A stretch of 63,854 bases of DNA, the filler included, from Klebsormidium nitens (taxonomy: Eukaryota > Plantae > Klebsormidiophyceae): NCBI GenBank assembly GCA_000708835.1. It is 3 parts of 3 records of this genome, joined end to end, with 100 filler letters (N's around TTAATTAATTAA, not from the genome) between each part and the next. Parts side by side here need not be neighbours in the genome. Positions count along the whole stretch, not along the records: positions 59,143 to 63,854 come from DF238237.1; 2 more parts are not named here. One strand, 5' to 3'. This document shows positions 59,148-63,854 of this stretch, piece by piece (position 1 is the stretch's first letter; each line of letters starts with the position of its first letter). The translations under genes and the position numbers were made by a program. Under the pieces are notes generated by a model. The model saw only the letters and a list, made by a program, of their open reading frames with translations, searched no databases and was not told the DNA's origin.

Positions 59148-61073
59148 GTGCTAGAGAAGGCGGCAGACGTGCTGGAGTTACTTGCAAAGGATGACGCTGA
59201 AGTGCGGAGGGTTGTTGCAGTGGATGCTGGAGCGCTTCATGTGTTGGTGAGCCATATGACCAGCAAAAGCGGCTTCGTGCAGCAGCGGGTTGTCACGCTG
59301 ATGGCGGCACTGACACGGGATGCAACATCCCGGCAGGCGGTGGCGAGGGCGCCAGGGTTCTTGCAGGGGCTGACGACGATTTTGAAGCACAGGGGTGCAC
59401 CTCGCTGGCTCGTGTTGGAGGCGCTGCGGGTTGTTGGGGCCGATGAAGCCGTCGGCAAGGAGCTTCTCAAGGTGCCTGACTTGGTGCATGTGTTGGTGGA
59501 CAAGTTAGATAAGCAACCGTCTGAAGCAGTGATCCTAACAGCAGCAGGGGTTCTGCAGAGCATCACAGGGGACTTGGAGACGGGCAAGCGCATAGCGAGC
59601 ACGCCGGAAGGCCTCAAGAGGCTGGCCAAACTCCTGAAGAGTGGATCGGGCCGCTTGCGCAAGGTGGCCGCCGACATCTTCTCCCAATTGGCTGTTGACG
59701 CCGAGCTCGGGAAGGCGATCGCGGAGGAACCGGGGGCCATAGAGCAGCTGGTGGTTGTTCTGGGCATTGGGGGGGCGGATGGGGCGCAGGAGTCGGCGGC
59801 GTTGGTGTTGCACAGGTTGGCGTGGGATCTCGAGTGCCGGCCCCTCATCGGCGCCGCACCCGGGTGTCTGCAAAAGCTCTTCCGCCTCTTCAAGGGTCCC
59901 GGGGAATACGTGCAGATCGCAGCTGGCGAGGCGCTGTGGTGCACGGCTAGCGGCAACGGGAACACGGATGCTGTTTGGGCACGGTCCGGGGTTCTGCAGG
60001 AGTTGGTAGGGCTTCTGGGCAAGAAGTGCACCGACGTCCAGCGGGCCATCTCTGCAAGGATCCTGCACAATCTGGCCCGTGGTGACAAGGAGAAGGCCCG
60101 GGCCATCGCGGCAACGCCGGGCTGCTTGGAAGGGCTGTTCGGCCTGCTGGAGTGCAGCGAGAGCGAGGTGGCGGAGTGGGGGCTGAGAGCGCTCTGGGAA
60201 CTGGTGGCAGACCCCGAGACGCGGGCGGCGGTCTTAGGGAAGCCGGGCCTCCTGCAAACGCTCGTCGGGTTTTTGGATCCGGAGGCATTTGACGAGTCGA
60301 TGCTGGACGTCTCGCCGCACATCCTGCAAGAGTTTCTGGCGGCTGATGTGAAGAACCGGGAAGCGTTTCTGTCCATTCCGGGGAGCCTGGAGAAGCTGGT
60401 GCGCGTGTTGGGGACCGAGGTGCCGGAGGCTGCCACGTGGCTGCTCATTGACCTGGCGGGAGATCTGGCGGTGCGGAGGAAGATTGCGGGGATCCCTGGG
60501 GCTCTGCAAAACTTCGTGGAGCTCCTGAAACAGCACTGGATGCGGGAAGTTGCGCTGGAGGCCCTTCTCATTTTCGCGGAAGATGAGGAGATTCGGCGGG
60601 GAATCGCTGCGGTGCCGCGGTGCTTGGAGACGCTGCGAACGCTGGCGAGTCTGCCGGCTGCGGAGATCCAGGAGGGAGAAGATCCCGGGCTGAGAGAACT
60701 AGCGGCGGGGGTTTTGCGGAGTTTGAAGGTGACAGAAACGGAAGGGAACGGGCCCTCGGCCGGGAAGGCAGAAGGGGCAGGAAGCGAGACTGGAGCCGGG
60801 AGTGGGGAGGGGGTGAAAGCTGGGGAAGCGGGAGTGAGCGAGGGAGCCGAGAATGGGGTGCGGGGCGAAAGTGAGGAGCGGGGACAAAATGGGGAGGCGG
60901 AACTGAACGGAAAGGGGCTGCGAGAGAAGAGGTGCAAGCGAGCGGGGAACCGGTGCAAGGGGAAAGGAGCAGGATGTGAGGAGTGCGGGGGTGCGATCGT
61001 CATGATGCCGTGCGGTGAGTCAGTCTATGTGAAATTGGGCCACTGGCGTAGAAGGCAAAGTTTTCGAAGCTGA
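59148..61073 (+). CDS. Armadillo-repeat protein, intronless, 5' end lost in the gap
   Basis: About 42-aa repeats such as IAxxPGxLxxLVxLL...AxxAL across ~530 aa, then a Gly/Glu-rich linker and a Cys-rich tail. A GTGAGT donor near 61016 may lead to a further exon. Confidence 0.82.
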   Translation: MLEKAADVLELLAKDDAEVRRVVAVDAGALHVLVSHMTSKSGFVQQRVVTLMAALTRDATSRQAVARAPGFLQGLTTILKHRGAPRWLVLEALRVVGADEAVGKELLKVPDLVHVLVDKLDKQPSEAVILTAAGVLQSITGDLETGKRIASTPEGLKRLAKLLKSGSGRLRKVAADIFSQLAVDAELGKAIAEEPGAIEQLVVVLGIGGADGAQESAALVLHRLAWDLECRPLIGAAPGCLQKLFRLFKGPGEYVQIAAGEALWCTASGNGNTDAVWARSGVLQELVGLLGKKCTDVQRAISARILHNLARGDKEKARAIAATPGCLEGLFGLLECSESEVAEWGLRALWELVADPETRAAVLGKPGLLQTLVGFLDPEAFDESMLDVSPHILQEFLAADVKNREAFLSIPGSLEKLVRVLGTEVPEAATWLLIDLAGDLAVRRKIAGIPGALQNFVELLKQHWMREVALEALLIFAEDEEIRRGIAAVPRCLETLRTLASLPAAEIQEGEDPGLRELAAGVLRSLKVTETEGNGPSAGKAEGAGSETGAGSGEGVKAGEAGVSEGAENGVRGESEERGQNGEAELNGKGLREKRCKRAGNRCKGKGAGCEECGGAIVMMPCGESVYVKLGHWRRRQSFRS

Positions 61074-63854
61074 GGTTGTGGCGCTTGCTTACTCTGTACG
61101 TTCGTTTTTCATCTCGATGCATGGGAAGTGCCGAAAATTGCCTCAAATCAAAGAAACCTAGGTTTCGTGTCTGCCGTAGTTCGTTCAGTGAGGAGATTGA
61201 CGGAGCGAATAATGCAGCTAGTCCGATTGCCCGTTCGGGGATTACCAAGATTTAAGGCATTGAAGTTGTCGTCTTTGAACGAATTTGTTATCGCTCTCGA
61301 CCGGTAGCCACCTTGTCCCTTTCACTTTCATTGATGCCTATGAAAGAAAGGCACTTCTCTGAGCTGCATTCTCAACAAAGCGGAAGCCAATTGCCAGGTT
61401 CGATCTATAGAACGGAACCCTTCTCATTTTTTCGCCCACCCTTTTCAGGCACTCTGCTGCCGCCGGTCTGGTTGCTTGCGACGTCAGCCGTGACGTCAGC
61501 GGGTCGGACCGTCACTAAAAGGTTTGGAGCGACGGGTCTGGGACTTGCGAGGAGAAGGGGTGCTAGGCGGCACCTCTTGAGGTGTAGGAGATTGTGGAGA
61601 AGGGCGGCCCCAGGCGAGAGAGTCGTTCGGCTGCAAAGGTTTAAGCAGCGGCCTCGAGGAGTGTGCGGTTAAAGGGAGTCTCGTCGAAGGGCGGCTTTGG
61701 AAGGAGTATACCGAAGCAGGTAGATTGAGAGTATCAGAGCATCCGGGGCAAATTTGGATCTAATAAACGAAGCAGAAAATTTTGTTTCAAAAGCGGAGTC
61801 TCCAAGGCTAGCTATATGCTTGCGTTTGGCCAAGACAGTGGCAAGCGGATATTCATATAGTGGCAAGCGGATCCCTTGGCGCTGTCTTTGGTTAATCATC
61901 TGCCGCCGCTACTTGCCTCTTCCATGCACTTATCCATCGTGAACTAGCAGTTTATGCGGCTCCGTCATTTACTCCATGCGACTCACAACTACGAGCGACG
62001 ATCCGGCCAAAAGTGGCCTCCTGCAATTTTACTATATTTGGATCCATATCCGGCGCGCCGGCCGCCACTAGGCCGAGAGCGGCCGCGGACTGAGTCTAAC
62101 AAACTTGAACAGATTTCTCAGCATGCATGGGCCGCGTGCGCGCCCGGCCCGGATGAGATCACGATACATCAAATCTCTTACATGTACAACAAGATTTACC
62201 AGGACCGCCGCGCGCCATGCGCACAGCATGATCATTTAATTCGTGCCGCGGTCGATCAATCCGAGTCCATATATGTGCCAACAGCTAGCTAGTGACTACA
62301 ACGTATCTAGCTAGTGCTTTGACGAATGTAGCGCCTCATCAAGCTATAGTGACACGTGGCGGGCCGCCCCGCCGGGCATGATATGATTTAAGCTAGGATA
62401 AAATAACCATGATGTGCCGCGGCCCTTATTGGCGGCGGGCATTCTTGAAACCTTTGCTCGCGCTCGAGCTATACGGTACATGGTTAGAACAGGGACGTGC
62501 ACTGCATGCGGATAGACCGTGGAGGACTATAGTGCAACTTGTATGGTGTCGATCAAGTCGAGGCCGTGCAGATCCTTAGTAGTAAGTGTGTCTGATTCTG
62601 CACCAGGGCGGACTGATCATTATTCAGTGCACATCGGACGCTGAAATGAAAGCCGGACGCTTAAGTTATCAGGTTTTTGATCCGGAGATGCGCGGCCACA
62701 ATTTAAGGAGGGGTTTTCAATCACGGCTCTGAACCGTTCTTCAGAAAAGTTCGATAACCCGCCCCTGCCGTACACTTTGACTTGTACACATGACGTCATC
62801 GTACAAGTAGGCGCTACTCTACTGGTGAACTTATTGTTGCCGATCTAAAGCGGGTAGCCATTTACCTAGCGGGTATTGCAACTTTGGTTGGCGTGCTTGC
62901 ACTCCGGCGATGTGCTAGCTGACTGCTTCGACGCTTCGTGCAGCGGGTACGGCTCCGACGACTCCCTATCGCCCTACCTGCGGTCGTCGGTGTTTGTTGT
63001 AAGGTCCATGAAGAAAAGCACCGCTTAAATAAGGGTGCGTGGAGCTGGTTGTGGTAAGGGTCGTTGCCTGCGCTGAAACGTTGCCTATCAAATCCCTGTC
63101 CCTTCGTTGATCCATACAAAGCGACGTGACAATAGGTCTCGACACCGGAAAACTTACACAACCACGGCAGCCAAGTCGCCAACGACTGTCTAGAAAGGAT
63201 GCAATCTTAAGAAAGGACGGTGTCTGCAGAAAGGGCAGGTTGACGAAGGCAAGTAAAGCAAAGCCTTCTCAGACAGGGTGCTCCGCAAAAGATTCAGGGA
63301 TTCTCATATGCAGCGTGCCACGCGATTGTGTAAAACGAACATTTGGAAGGCCCAGGAATCTGGAAAGGCTGTTGCAGAAGAGGTGAAGTTACCAGAAAAG
63401 AGGACGTGCTCGACCGTCGGGCCCCAGTACTTTCGACCCGTACATGAACACAATTTCATCGGACGCGCCTCACTTTCAGCGATCAGTTGCCTCAAGAGGC
63501 TTTTGATCGAATGATTGTTCGTTCCCGTATTTGGAAACGGGTGAGCCTAGAGGCCTGGAGCCATCCAAGTGTTACAGTCAAGAAGCAAGTGCGTTCATAG
63601 CGGCTGTTCCGTACGACACTAAATAAAGGCGTTTTCGAAAGGCAATTAGAGCAAGATGTACCGCCGAGCAAACGTGCCCCAAGCCGACTGGAAATCACTC
63701 TTCCCCCTTCGTTGGTTTCCTTTGGTGGAATACATAGGGTCCCAAACTCACCGCGCTGGCTGATGTCATTCAGGCGTCCCCGACGAGCGGCCCGCTGTTG
63801 CGTGGATCAATCTAGCACAGTCAGTGATGCCAGCTGTCTTGGCGCCCTCTTGTG

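Noticed and set aside
59237-61003. 588-aa minus-strand ORF
   Set aside because: Ser/Pro/Arg-rich antisense shadow of the GC-rich ARM-repeat gene.
60930-61073. MYND finger at the end of the ARM protein
   Set aside because: Cys spacing is incomplete and a splice donor falls in the middle, so the true C-terminus is unknown.
61950-62500. GC-rich short palindromes resembling a non-autonomous element
   Set aside because: No paired termini or second copy in the window; short GC palindromes are common at this base composition.

Overview
Eukaryotic, GC-rich, intron-dense genomic DNA. The gene style suggests a green alga, probably a streptophyte such as Klebsormidium (inference, no search run). Bases 1-30 kb hold three ordinary spliced host genes that I reconstructed by hand: NDC80 (-), a PP2C phosphatase (+) and a P2B Ca2+-ATPase (+), plus repeats at the left end. 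After an assembly gap, about 31.2-46.3 kb switches to a compact, almost intron-free, partly decayed block of genes typical of giant viruses and Polinton-like viruses: an OLV11-like tyrosine recombinase, an EndoVII/HNH-like nuclease, an AntA/MSV199-like domain, Bro-N-like repeats with a primase C-terminal winged helix, an SF2 helicase, a PD-(D/E)xK nuclease, a C2H2-HNH-NUMOD endonuclease and an F-box/XPA-like protein. No capsid, packaging ATPase or DNA polymerase is visible. Inside this block are an iteron-like inverted/direct repeat array, a perfect 26-bp inverted repeat pair bracketing the HNH-NUMOD gene, and a viral-type domain that appears spliced to a Gln-rich exon. The right part holds a ZUP1-like C78 peptidase, an ankyrin gene, a Zn-ribbon ORF, a decayed KDZ transposase and an intronless ARM-repeat ORF. 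All family calls come from motif recognition by eye; exon boundaries were read manually and N-gaps hide several ends.
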